Below are positions 26,380-38,600 of a DNA stretch of 64,000 nucleotides, piece after piece. The translations under genes and the position numbers were made by a program. This DNA is from Antedon mediterranea (lineage: Eukaryota > Animalia > Echinodermata), in contig NC_092678.1 of the NCBI RefSeq assembly GCF_964355755.1, positions 8,200,422 to 8,264,421 on the forward strand. The letters are read 5' to 3'. A model generated the notes under the pieces. It ran no database searches. It worked only from the letters and a program-made list of their open reading frames with translations, and was not told the origin of the DNA. Numbering within the stretch: the stretch's first letter is position 1; each line of letters begins with the position of its first letter.

Positions 26380-26690
26380 TTCCCGACCCCTTTAGTACCG
26401 AGGCGGTCATGCACCCAGTAGGTGAACTGCCTGTACGCCTGAAGGTGAAATGTTTCGTTCAGGATCGGGTCAATGATGCTGTCTCGCCTAATGTCTGTCC
26501 GGGCAACAAGTGCAGTTCTAATTACTGCAGGATGTAAACACACAAATTCGAATTCAAAATGGTCTAAAATGCATGCCATTTCGTTTTCTAATCCCATGTT
26601 CATCTTCGCTTGTACATTTTCAATTTGGCAACAAAGGCATTCCACATCAGTGTCATCAATTCACATTGGCACGATTTCTCCTTGTTTATT
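26380..26690 (-). pseudogene. KolX / P2X7 ballast-like domain (copy 3)
   Basis: ORF 26325-26645 ECLCCQIE..CILDHFEFEFVCLHPAVIRTALV..LQAYRQFTYWVHDRLG (ECxCC..CI..H..F..VCL..AYRQF..W.H..LG motif). Confidence 0.8.
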
Positions 26691-26714
26691 TACCCTCAAT
26701 TTCTACATAAGTTA

Positions 26715-26900
26715 AAACACTCTAGCGTCATGGACACTTCCAGACATTCCCAACAAAAGTGTTCATGAATTTTCCATCCACATTCACCATGGCTTGGAGC
26801 ACCACTACGAGAATGACCACTTGTGATTGAAATAATCCTGGGCATGTTCTTTTGTAGCAAATATTTTTATGTGTGCCCTCTATTGCGCCAGCAGTCTTTT
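26715..26900 (-). pseudogene. Harbinger nuclease catalytic-core fragment
   Basis: AGAIEGTH (GAIDGTH) and VVLQAMVNVDGKFMNTFVG, followed by an SVHDARV-like end in a shifted frame. Confidence 0.75.
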
Positions 26901-27029
26901 CATTTTGGAAAACTTGAAAAATCATCTCATAATTTACATTCCTAAATATGGTTTACACACTAATATATAGCCCATTTTAAAAAATGGCTGTTTGAAATTG
27001 GCTGTACTACCATCAGTTTTTGTTCCTCT

Positions 27030-27420
27030 GATAGATGAAGTATCCATTAAACTGCATTGTGTTCTGCATTGGGGCATGAGCAAAGAGTCGACAGAACAAC
27101 ATATTCCATAAAATTTGCTATTTACTTGGTCATCACCATGTTTCTAAAATACCCCATCAGTCGAAAGTTGATTAGCCTCTTCCACAAATGAGAGACATCT
27201 TTGGTTCAGATTTTCCAAACCACACACCGGCAAGTCTCATGTCTAACCTTAATGGGAAGTTCATTAACCATCAAGTATATAGGCCAAAGTGAATAGTTAC
27301 CGGACTTGAATAATGCTACACCATCAGTATTAAAAGTATATGAAAAGTTGTTTGGATTGTTAAGAACTCCCACTCCAAATGGTTTTTTATAAGCTCCACC
27401 ATCAAGGATATCTTGTTGGA
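27030..27420 (-). pseudogene. CACTA/EnSpm-type transposase fragment
   Basis: DILDGGAYKK..NPNNFSYTFNTDGVALFKSGNYSLWPIYLMVNELPIKVR (D..DG..Y..FNTDG...FKS...S.WPI...INELP motif). Confidence 0.8.
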
Positions 27421-27469
27421 CCCGTTGCAAACCCATTAGACCCGTTGAGATTGTCCGAAAACACACATT

Positions 27470-27796
27470 GGATTTTCCAATGGGTTTCCAATGGGTTCCC
27501 TAATGGGTTTCCAACGGGTTCCCTAATGGGTTTCCAACGGGTTCCTAGGTTTTCAATGGGTTCCTAATGGGTTTCCAATGGGTGATCCTAATAGGTTTCC
27601 AATGGGTTCCTAATGGGTGATCCTAATAGGTTTCCAATGGGTTCCTAATGGGTGATCCTAATAGGTTTCCAACGGGTTCCTAATGGGTGATCCTAATAGG
27701 TTTCTAATGGGTTCCTAATGGGTGATCCTAATAGGTTTTCAATGTGTGATCCTAATAGGTTTCCAATGGGTTCCTAATGGGTGATCCTAATAGGTT
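27470..27796. repeat. Compound minisatellite of 11-12 bp subunits (AATGGGTTCCT / AATGGGTGATCCT / AATAGGTTTCC) with a ~35-bp higher-order unit
   Basis: Read directly. Confidence 0.9.
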
Positions 27797-27927
27797 GCTT
27801 ATCGTCCATTTTGATTCCATCTATGTGATCTACCCATGCTACATAATCATTCATCACCCGATGGAGAAAGATACCCTGAGAAAGAGACCCAGAAAAGCAA
27901 CATAACTTTCTAGGATTTGCTTGATTT

Positions 27928-30880
27928 GTCGTGGTGGTCTTGGAACACATAGAGGAGAGCGATTAAAATCTCTTGAAAAAACGGTAAATACTGACAGACA
28001 GAAAATTTACTGTCTCTTCTTGTAGCCTGTTCAAAGTAGAAACAGAATAAAATATCCATTGGTCTTTAAAGGCAGCTCGTCAGAGTACACAGTAAGTTAA
28101 AGAGGTCCAAGTCAAAATGTTTATGGGACTGTGATTATTGTGATACTACCATTGTAGTGTTTTAAGGAAGTGCAGACATCTTAGGGTAATTTTTTATTCT
28201 ATATGAAAGTTTTAGTGTCGTGGTGGTCTTGGAACACGTAGTAGTGGGCGATGAAAACCTCTTGAATTTCAGCCAAAAGGATGAAACCGGCGACACTCGC
28301 GTTGTCGAAACACTATCTCTTTGTCTATCAAGACAACTCTACTGTAAAAACTGTAAATACAGACAGACTTCCTGTAGCCTGTTAAAAATAGAAACAGAAT
28401 AAAATATCCATTGGTCTTTAAAGGTAGCTCGTCAGATTACACAGTAAGTTAAAGAGGTCCAAGTCAAAATGTTTATGGGACTGTAATTATTGTGATACTA
28501 TTGTATTGTTTTGAGGAAGTGCAGACATTTTATTGTCATTTTTTATTCTATATGAAAGTTTTAGTGTCGTGGTGGTCTTGGAACACGTAGTAGTGAGCGA
28601 TGAAAACCTCTTGAATTTCAGCCAAAAGGATGAAACCGGCGACACTCGCGTTGTCGAAACACTATCTCTTTGTCTATCAAGACAACTCTACTGTAAAAAC
28701 TGTAAATACAGACAGACTTCCTGTAGCCTGTTAAAAATAGAAACAGAATAAAATATCCATTGGTCTTTAAAGGTAGCTCGTCAGATTACACAGTAAGTTA
28801 AAGAGGTCCAAGTCAAAATGTTTATGGGACTGTAATTATTGTGATACCATTGTATTGTTTTGAGGAAGTGCAGACATTTTATTGTCATTTTTTATTCTAT
28901 ATGAAAGTTTTAGTGTCGTGGTGGTCTTGGAACACGTAGTAGTGAGCGATGAAAACCTCTTGAATTTCAGCCAAAAGGATGAAACCGGCGACACTCGCGT
29001 TGTCGAAACACTATCTCTTTGTCTTTCCAGACAACTCTACCGTAAAGACGGTAAATACTGACGACAAGAAATGTAATGTCTCTTCTTGTAGCATTTTGTG
29101 GTGAATTTTAGTCTTAAGGATATCATAAGAATCCAACTTTGTCCTTATTATTTCTGCATTCTTTTTGTTCTGTCTAATCCTTCCTGAATTTTTGCATTAC
29201 CCCAAATGCTGATTAAATCATGGGTATTTCAGATTTTGCAATTTCTGCATGTATAACCTTAGCGTTAGAACTCATAGAAGCTGTTGTATCATAGGCTTGA
29301 CCTCTTCAGTTTGAAAGTGATATCTTATGAATGTCCAGCGATTTCCTAATGGCATCGCTTATTGCCATGCCAGTTGTTCTTTCTAAATGGCACATGTCTA
29401 GCAAAACTTTGCATTTCTTTGGGTTGGATGGGTCGCTATGATATCTAGGAAACGTAAGCAGACAGATAGTACCTCTTGTCCATGAGAGCTGGTTTTGTCC
29501 GCCATTAATGCAAAGTGTTTGTCAAGGCATTTCCAAAATTTATCCCGAATTAAATTTACCGTTATGGTTATAATTTCGTTTTAGGTTGTTTTACTTGTGT
29601 ACCTGGCATTCTTGGGTCCAGACACAAGATATTCTTTCAACACAGGATTTGACTTTGCCAATAGGCGAAGAACTGCAATAAAATTTCCCTCATTGTGTGT
29701 TTCTAGTTTTGAAAAATCAATCAAATCGTCTCGATGTCCACGCAATACTATGTGCTGTTTTGCACATAGTAGCACAGAATCGACAATAACTGGCAAAGCA
29801 AAACTGTTTTTTTGTGATGATCGTTCACTTATTTGAACATCAATTCTTTTATCAATGTTACTTGCTTGAGAGCGAACAGCTAATAACCGTTCGCACATAG
29901 AGAAGAGCGATGAAAACCTCATGAATTTCAGCCAAAAGGATGAAACCGGCGACACTCGCGTTGTCGAAACACTATCTCTTTGTCTATCCAGACAACTCTA
30001 CCGTAAAGACGGTAAATACGGACAGGCAGTAAATTTAATGCCTCTGCTTGTAGCCTGTTGAAACTAGAAACAGAATAAAATATCCATTGGTCTTTAAAGG
30101 TAGCTCGTCAGAGTACACAGTAAGTTAAAGAGGTACAAGTCCAATTTTTATGGAACTATAATCATTGTGATACGATTGTATTGTTTTGAGGAAGTGCAGA
30201 CATCTTAGGGTCATTTTCTATTGCTTATGAAAGTTTTAGTGTCGTGATGGTCTTGGAACACGTAGAGGAGAGCGATGAAAACCTCTTGAATTTCAGCCAA
30301 AAGGATGAAACCGGCGACATTCGCGTTGTCGAAACACTATCTCTTTCTCTATCCAGACAACTCTACCGTAAAGACGGTATTAAATACTGACAGACAGGAA
30401 ATTTAAAGCCTCTGCTTGTAGCCTGTTGAAACTAGAAACAGAATAGAATATCCATTGGTCTTTAAAGGTAGCTCGTCAGAGTACACTGTAAGTTAAAGAG
30501 GTCCAAGTCAAAATGTTTATGGTACTTTAATCATTGTGATACGATTGTATTGTTTCGAGGAAGTGCAGACATCTTATGGTCATTTTTTATTCCTTGTGAA
30601 AGTTTTAGTGTCGTGATGGTCTTGGAACACGTAGAGGAGAGCGATGAAAACCTCTTGAATTTCAGCCAAAAAGATGAAACCGGCGACATTCGCGTTGTCG
30701 AAACACTATCTCTTTGTCTATCCAGACAACTCTACCGTAAAGATGGTAAATACTGACAGACAGGAAATTTAATGCCTCTGCTTGTAGCCTCTTGAAAGTA
30801 GAAACAGAATCAAAATATCCATTGGTATTTATATTTCAGCCAAAAGGATAAAACCGGCAACACTCGCGTTGTCAAAACAC
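27928..30880. repeat. ~350-370 bp tandem repeat family (about 7 full or partial units) interleaved with hAT fragments
   Basis: GTCGTG(G/A)TGGTCTTGGAACAC unit starts at about 27928, 28218, 28566, 28916, 30241 and 30610, plus a partial unit from about 29900; repeated ORFs VVLEHV..DENLLNFSQKDETGD. Confidence 0.9.
29240..29895 (-). pseudogene. hAT transposase fragment (THAP12/PRKRIR/ZMYM1-like), copy 1
   Basis: VDSVLLCAKQHIVLRGHRDD..NEGNFIAVLRLLA..GPKNARYTSKT; downstream LMADKTSSHGQEVLSVCLRF, ERTTG and RGQAYD motifs. Confidence 0.85.
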
Positions 30881-30899
30881 CATATGTCTCTCTAATTTT

Positions 30900-31370
30900 T
30901 ATGCCGTTACGGTTATAATTTCGTTTTTGGGTTGTTTTACTTGTTTACCTGGCATTTTTTGGTCCAGACACAAGATATTCTTTTAATACAGGATTTGATT
31001 ATGCCAATAGGCGAAGAACTGCAATAAAATTTCCCTCATTGTGCGTTTCTGGTTCTGAAAAATGTTTTGCACATAGTAGCACAGCACATACGGTAAATGG
31101 CAAAACCAAACAGTTTTTTTGCACATTTTGTGATGATCGTTCATTTATTTGAACATCAATTCTTTTATCATTGTTACTTGCTTGTGAGCGAACAGCTAAT
31201 AACTGTTCGATGCTTTGCTTACGGTAATCCTTTTGTTCACGACTGTCTAAAAGTTCTTTTGATTTATTGTAGTTTGTGAATGGTGAAACTACAAAAGCAC
31301 CCAGTTTATCTTTTTTGACTAATGAAAAAAAATAAAACTTTGAATCTTCCTCCTTCCTCAAACACGGCAA
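30900..31370 (-). pseudogene. hAT transposase fragment, copy 2 (overlapping paralogue of copy 1, extends further N-terminally)
   Basis: LGAFVVSPFTNYNKSKELL..AVLLCAKH..HNEGNFIAVLRLLA; DNA similar to 29555-29890. Confidence 0.8.
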
Positions 31371-32667
31371 GATCTCTCTGCTGAGATCTCATCTGCGCAT
31401 GCGTGACTAGACCGTTGTGTAGCTTGTCAATTATGCTTATCATTCCAAGCATAGCTACTGCGTTTTTAAAAGAAAGATTATTATTTCACAACGCTCATTC
31501 TGTTGTTGCTCAATGTTGTTGCAAAGGTTTATATTTTATAATAAAACAATAGAAATTGTATAAAACAAATAAATAAAAGCTTTCCTACTGTAGCTACCCA
31601 TTAAATAAAATGTAACTTATTTAAACAAAAAGGACCAAGATTTCTGCTACATGAAATCGCAATCGCCTATAAAATAGCAGATCCATTATTACTACTACTA
31701 TTATTTTATTATTATTATTTCTTCTTTCTTTAAACTGAAATACACTTTCAATACAAATGTACTGATTTACTTGTTTGATACTACATAAACTGCTGTTGTT
31801 TATATTCTTTTTAAAATGTATTGTTTTGTATGTATGTGTTCTATTATAACGAATAAAAGACTGTTGAAAGCAACGTACTAAAAACCAAAAAAAATCTTGA
31901 CTGACTTTATGACAACGTTAAAAATGACTAAATATTGATTTCAAAACTAGTTAGAAAAACAGGATATTTACACTTTGCATTTATTAATTTTTTAATTAAA
32001 ATTCTGAAATTTTTGCTCCTATGTGGGATTGAATATTTTAATGTTTATTATGATTTTGTAGTTAAAATATTTAAACAATAAAAACTATTTGAAATATTTT
32101 CATTTGGATCCTAATATTATAGAAGTATACTACTGTACAGTCCACTTGATAAAGCAAACCATACGTTTGCCAAACATTGTTGTAATGTACCATTTTTAGT
32201 ACTTTCGATCTATTCACAAAATGTTCATCCATTTTATATACATTTTAAAAATACAATTATGGTAGGGCTATAGGCCTACATGTGCAATTGTGTAAATTTA
32301 ATATTATATTTTCAAGTGAAAATGATTATAAATATCTTTGTGATTCAGTTTTAAACAAATTTTAATTAAGCTACAGAGGTATTGTTTGTTAAAGGATGTT
32401 ATATGAATATATTTTTATTGATGTATGTTTTTTTCTATTTTCTTTTGTTTAAATAAAGAAGTAATAAATTGTGAACTTTCAACTGTATTTATTTATGATT
32501 TGCCAGTCAGTAGTGTCAAAGAAAAAAACAGTGTTGTGTTCAATGGACAACACGCTTGAATAGATTTAAGTTTTAATGAGCGGTCATGCGTGAGTGGTCA
32601 TGTACAGTATGCATGCAATATAGTAGCAGTATGCCTTCAGCTGCTAACAGCTAAACTACTGAATAAT

Positions 32668-35600
32668 ATGACAGGAGAAAAGCGACAAATAAGTCTACCA
32701 AAGAATCTGATAGCTGGCGGCTTTGCTGGAATTTGCCTAACATTTGCTGGCCATCCGCTAGATACTATAAAGGTATTTCAATTTTAATAATAAGAATAAT
32801 ATTAAGAATTCACAGAAATTTGTGACAAGCAATAGTTTAATTGCCTTTAATACTACGTTTTACATGTTTAGTAATGCACAAAATGAATATGTTCAAGTTT
32901 AAAATAAAAATCTAATTTTATAGTAAAGTGTCTGTCTGGATACAGTGGTGTCAGCAAAGTGCCAGGACCTTCATTGTAAAGGTTACAGTACCAACATATA
33001 AAATGAAGTAAAAATCTTTACGATAAACATTATGCGCGATAGTTTTGAACATCAATTTCAATTTAAAAAATACAGTAGTACACAGTACTAGTACATTAGA
33101 ACACTTTGAATCCCTCTATTAAGGGGACAATTTTTCATGAAACAAATGAGGGCAATGAAGACTACGTCCAACCCCCATTCAAAGGATACCCCTATTAAGG
33201 CAAAACTTTTTTTGGTCCCAAGGGTGTCTCCTTAATAGAAGTTTCTGTAAATTAGCACTGCTTAGTTCATATTTAGCCTATATGGGTCATTGCCAAAAAC
33301 ACAACTACTCTAAATTCATTACATTTTAAATCTCATCAGCATACTGACATACTAGAATTCCTGAACTGTCATTTCAGCCAGGGTGGTGTGAAGGGGAAGG
33401 AAGGCAATTAATAAAGGAATTCAACCCTGGGGTCAAAGGTGAAAAGAACATATATACAGCTGCAACTGGGTTAGACACTTTGGGCATTTATAGATGGACT
33501 GTTAATAGTATTATAATAATGGGTACTATATATATTATTTAATTGTGCAATAAATATTCCACTGAAATCTTCCATTTATCGTTCTAAGGTGAGACTTCAA
33601 ACACAGTTGAGTACAGGAGAATCAAAACTTTATAAGGGGACATTTGACTGCTTCAAGAAAATAGTGACAAAGGAGGTACAAACAATTTGTTTATTAGATC
33701 TTAAGAATTAACATACCTTTCATAAAGAACTCGATAAATTGCTCGTTAAGAGAATAGGACGTGTGGTGCAGTGTGTTGGATGAATTCAACGCTTGCTTGT
33801 ATCCAAGATACTTTATTACATTATGAGAGTATGTTGTCCATTCGTGTTTGATTAAAACATATTATGGCAAAACATTTAACTGTAGGTTGATAACAGCATC
33901 AGAAGGACGAGGCAATACGATTAAAGTATCTTGGCTAAGGATGCAAGCAATATGTCACAGACAGGTCTCAAACCCAGGCCTATCGCATGCTAGCTTAATA
34001 TTTCTTACCAAAAGACATATCACTCTGTGAAAGGTCTATACAGCAATCAGATGAGAACCAGTGTTTAAATGTAGTAAGGCCATAATATGGCCTTACTACA
34101 TTAAAACTCTGGTTCTGTTTATACATTGCTCATGAAGAACTTGGTACTGTAAAGTGAAGCCACATTCTGATGTTTTTAGTATTTAAATTTCTCAATTAAA
34201 TTGCCTCTTTCTTGTTTATAGCTTATGCCACTACTAGTAACATTTTCTGATTCCTTTAGATATTAAGTTTTAGTAATTATTGAGTCCTTCAGATAGAATA
34301 TTAAGTTTTATCAACCTACAGTTCAATGTATTTTAAATTAATTGTTCAGGGTATTAGAGGTCTGTACAAAGGCATGGCAACCCCAATTATTGGAATAACA
34401 GTTGTATCAGGTGTTAATTTTTTTGGTTATGGTTGTGGATTAAAACTTCAAGATCCAAGCCAGCCAAATAATCAATATGGGTAAGTAGGCACATTCATAT
34501 CATAATGATAGTTTAACACACTAATAAATGAAAAGCCATTTACAAGAAATCTAGACCTTCTAAATCTCAAGATAATAGCGTTTATCCCCCTATGGAGGAT
34601 GATGTTGTATTGTTTTATGTTTCAAACCTGTTAGTGGCGGTATTTATCGCTGTTGGTTTTGATTGAATAAAATAAAATAAAATAAAATAAAATAAAAATA
34701 AAATAAAAAATAAATTTAATTTATTAATTATTCATGATGTCCCATTCTCCTACTAAAATACAATTTTGAGGTGCAGTATTTGAAATTGTGGGCGTATTGT
34801 AATACTTAGTCACTTTCTTTACAGAGCTGGTCAATTTTTCGTAGGTGGAATGGTATCTGGAGTGTTTAAAACACTATTGGTTGCTCCAGGAGAAAGGATC
34901 AAATGTTTACTACAGGTAATTACAGTGGTTTCCAACTTCCAAACTATAGAGGGTGCTATCATTTTTTTTAAATACATGCAAACGTAGAGGGATGCCAGAT
35001 GCCTTCCATTGTGTAATAATAATAATAATAATAATAATTTATTAGGAAATGACACCTTTGCATCGGTGGCACACACAGAAGTGGTGCATCCAATTTAACA
35101 TAATACATCAAAACAATACATTATATGACGGATACAGGTTCTTAAACTGTTTGCAAAAATATAAAAGAAAAATCATTACCAACATGGTAATATAGGTACT
35201 GTATTAAATTGTCCTACAGTATCATAGGTTTGAGTTGATAAAGAGGTATATCAAAATAAACATAAAATATAATAAAGAGTTTACATTACAAACCATTGTG
35301 TTTCAACATCAGGTACTGATGACCTATAGTTGTTATCACAGGTGTATACTATTTACAAATCTAAATACAAATATATAAAAGCAACAATACAAAAGAAAAA
35401 CAATCTATATATTGGGAGATTTAAGTTCTGACCGTTTCTCCCATGCAGCTCTTGTGTATTGTTTACAAAACAAATCAAAAAAGGTCTCAGATTCTTTACA
35501 AATCGCGATAGAATCTCCACCTAAAATATACTGTAATTTATCATCAGCAGTTGCTGTTGTGTAACGATTCCATGTGTCATAATCATTACAGAGTACAAGA

Positions 35601-38600
35601 TTATTTTGTAGATTGGATAATTCTTTCATTCTAATATTATCAAATGCTTTACAGTTTAATAAAAAATGTTTAATGTCTTCGATTTCGCCATTCCCACATA
35701 AAGTACAAAGACCGGACACATCATTGGACCATTTATAAGTTTTACAATCTAAAGGTAGAGTGTTAGATCTTAATTTAAATTTCAGACTTGTCTCATAAAA
35801 ATGTGTTTTATCAAGTAAATATTTTTCTAAATTAGGGAAAGGTTTCAATTTTGAGTATAAATTTAATGAGGTTTTTTGCATTATAGTATTTGACCACTCT
35901 GATTTATATGATTCTGACAAACATCGCTCGACATTGCTAACTGAGAAAGGAACAAGAGTTAAACTATCATTATCAAAAACATTGTTGTAAAAGCCTATAT
36001 CTGTACATTTTTCAAATATGTCAACACAACTACTAAGAAATTTATATTTTAAACGATCAAAGTCACATTTCAATTGTAGCATAGAATTAAGTACAATATT
36101 AGGCCACCTGTGGTCATCCATAGTTATAAAACGATTAAATAATTTAACTCTGGACAGTTTGTGTAACTTGGATAATGGAACCCACCCAAGGTCACCATAG
36201 AGTGCCTCTTTTGGAGTATACCGTGGAGCTTTGAGAAGAAAGCGGGCCATTTGCAATTGCACTTTCTCTAGGTCTTCGTTATCCTTCTTGGATTTATTAT
36301 ACCAAATGCTACAAGCATAATTTATTGAAGGAATTGCAATGGTTTTCCACAGTATGTTTCCATAGTACACCCGGTTAAAGTCATCAAGGTTAGCTATGAT
36401 ACCTTTGATATAAGCTATAAGCCGGTTGCCCTTTTGGATAACATGTTCATAATGTGAATGTTCACTCATGTTTGAGGAAATATAGACCCCTAAATATTTA
36501 TAACTATTTACTTCTTTTATCGATTTTTCACCTAATTTCCACTCTTTATCTTTATTTATGCGTTTTCCAACAACCATGACATTTGATTTTTCATGATTAA
36601 AACCAAGTTTCCATTCTTTGGCGAATATATTGGCAATTTCTAACATTTCAGTCATTTCCCTTTCATTATTAGCAATCAATATAACATCATCAGCCCAGAA
36701 GAGCCCTCCCATCCAGACACCATTCATTCTTACCCCGAAGTTGCTTTCACGAAGAAGTTTAACAAATTCATTAATAAATATAGAAAATAAAATTGGTGAG
36801 AGTACACACCCTTGTTTTACTCCTTTGTGGATATTAAACTCATTAGTCATGCTTTCCCCCACTTTTACTTTTGCTTTAACATTGTCATATAGTGAGCTTA
36901 TTATTTTCCAAATTTTCCCTCTAACTCCCGTATCCCAGGCACATTTTAGGAGACCATCACGCCATACACTATCAAATGCTTTTCGGAAGTCCAGGAAAGC
37001 TAGATGTGTAGTTTTACCTTCAATTGAACGACAAGATAAAATGCTTTTCAATGTAAAGATGTGATCTTCACAACGGTGATAGGCTCTAAAGCCTCCCTGG
37101 ACTTCCGAAAGTACATTTTCTTTTTCAACAAAGCAAGATATATACATTGAGATTACTCTATTAAATATTTTGGAAACACAAGATGTTAATGAGATGCCTC
37201 TATAATTATTTAGGTCTTTACGATCTCCTTTTTTAAATATTGGTACAACGATACTCATATTCCACTCACTTGGAATTGTTTCTAATTTGATAATTTTATT
37301 AAATAAACAAACGAGTGATGCCGCTAAAGCGTCTCCACCATTTTTTAAAAGCTCATTGGTTATTCCATCAACTCCCGGAGCTTTATTATTTTTAGCGATT
37401 GCAAGTGCCTCAATGATTATATCAAGGTCTATATTAATGTCACATAGTAAATTTTCGTCATCGTTATTATTACCTAATGTATCAGAACGCATCTCATCAA
37501 CCGCCCGCTTCGTTAAATAAGTAAAACAATCCTAATTGTTATTAGCCTTACCTAAGTTCTCCCAATACTCTTTAACAAAATAAAGTATTTTTCCTTTATC
37601 ACAAGTAGTTTCATCTGATTCTGGGATTTTTACACAATTAATGCCTGATTTACTATGTTTGTCATTAGACCCTTTTAATATGTTCCAAAAGTCCCTACAG
37701 GATGGTCCTCCTTTATTAGCAATCTCTACCGATTTATTTACCCTAGTTTCAGTAATTTTCTTAGATATAACTTTTTTGGCATGTATCCTTTTTTCTTGAT
37801 AATATTGCCACAGATTATCTGTGTGAGCACAATTGGGATCTAATTTAACTGAGCGTCTATGAGCACGAGCAGCCTCTCTTCGTTCTGCTATTGCTTTTTG
37901 AACTTCATTATCAAACCAATGTTTACGTTTTTTACTTAATTTCTTAATACCAATACCATCCTTACAGCTGTGTGTTTTGTTAAAACTATAAAGATGGAAA
38001 ATGCTAACACATTTTTTACCTACTGTATAGCGTTAGAGTGAAAATAGTACATTTATCCACAATCCACTTTGTTTTTTTGTATTTACAATTGGGAGAAATT
38101 GTCTCTAACAAGACGACAGATCACTCAAAATTTCTGGAAACGCTTGCAATTGTCAGACTAGAGAGAACTGTTAGTTAATTCAGTTCTTCTTTCAGTTATT
38201 CTCTACAGCTGGATTATAAAGTACACTTACAGTAAAACCCTGAAGAAGATCTAATGATGAACACATTTCATCACACTTTTTATTTTTATAGATGCAAATT
38301 GATTCAGCAGTTGGAAAAAGGTATGCAGGCCCTGTAGATTGTGCAAAACAGTTATACAAACAATCTGGTATAAGAAATGTTTTTAAGGGAACCTTTGCTA
38401 CATTAGTAAGAGGTAATATAATATTTCATTCCTAACCAAATTGTTTCTATAATGTGACCAGACATTATACAATTTATTTATTTAGTTAGCGCCTTCCTGT
38501 GCTACATTTCGGTGTCGGTGAAAGAGAAAATAATATAAGTAATTTAAAGTCATTTTGATCCTAATTGTAATTTAGCAGGAAATTCCACCAATAAGGTTGT

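Noticed and set aside
26325-26645. A P2RX7 receptor gene
   Set aside because: Only the ballast-like domain is present, with no transmembrane or ectodomain exons; it is truncated and embedded among TE fragments
29581-29955. Host THAP12/PRKRIR or ZMYM1 gene
   Set aside because: Chimeric ORF starting in a tandem repeat, with stops and frameshifts downstream and a duplicated partial copy; better explained as a hAT remnant
27928-30880. Regularly recurring conserved blocks as a CRISPR-like array
   Set aside because: The intervening sequences are also repeated (whole ~350-bp units), there are no unique spacers or cas genes, and the context is eukaryotic
32590-32667. N-terminal extension of SLC25A20 from the upstream GTG/ATG in the ORF track
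   Set aside because: ATG 32668 gives the family-typical N-terminus and a 105-nt first coding exon; the extension has no support
36018-37520. Plus-strand ORFs 36018, 36618 and 37287 (and similar ORFs over the LTR and RTE elements)
   Set aside because: Antisense shadows of RT/gag-pol ORFs with no recognisable motifs
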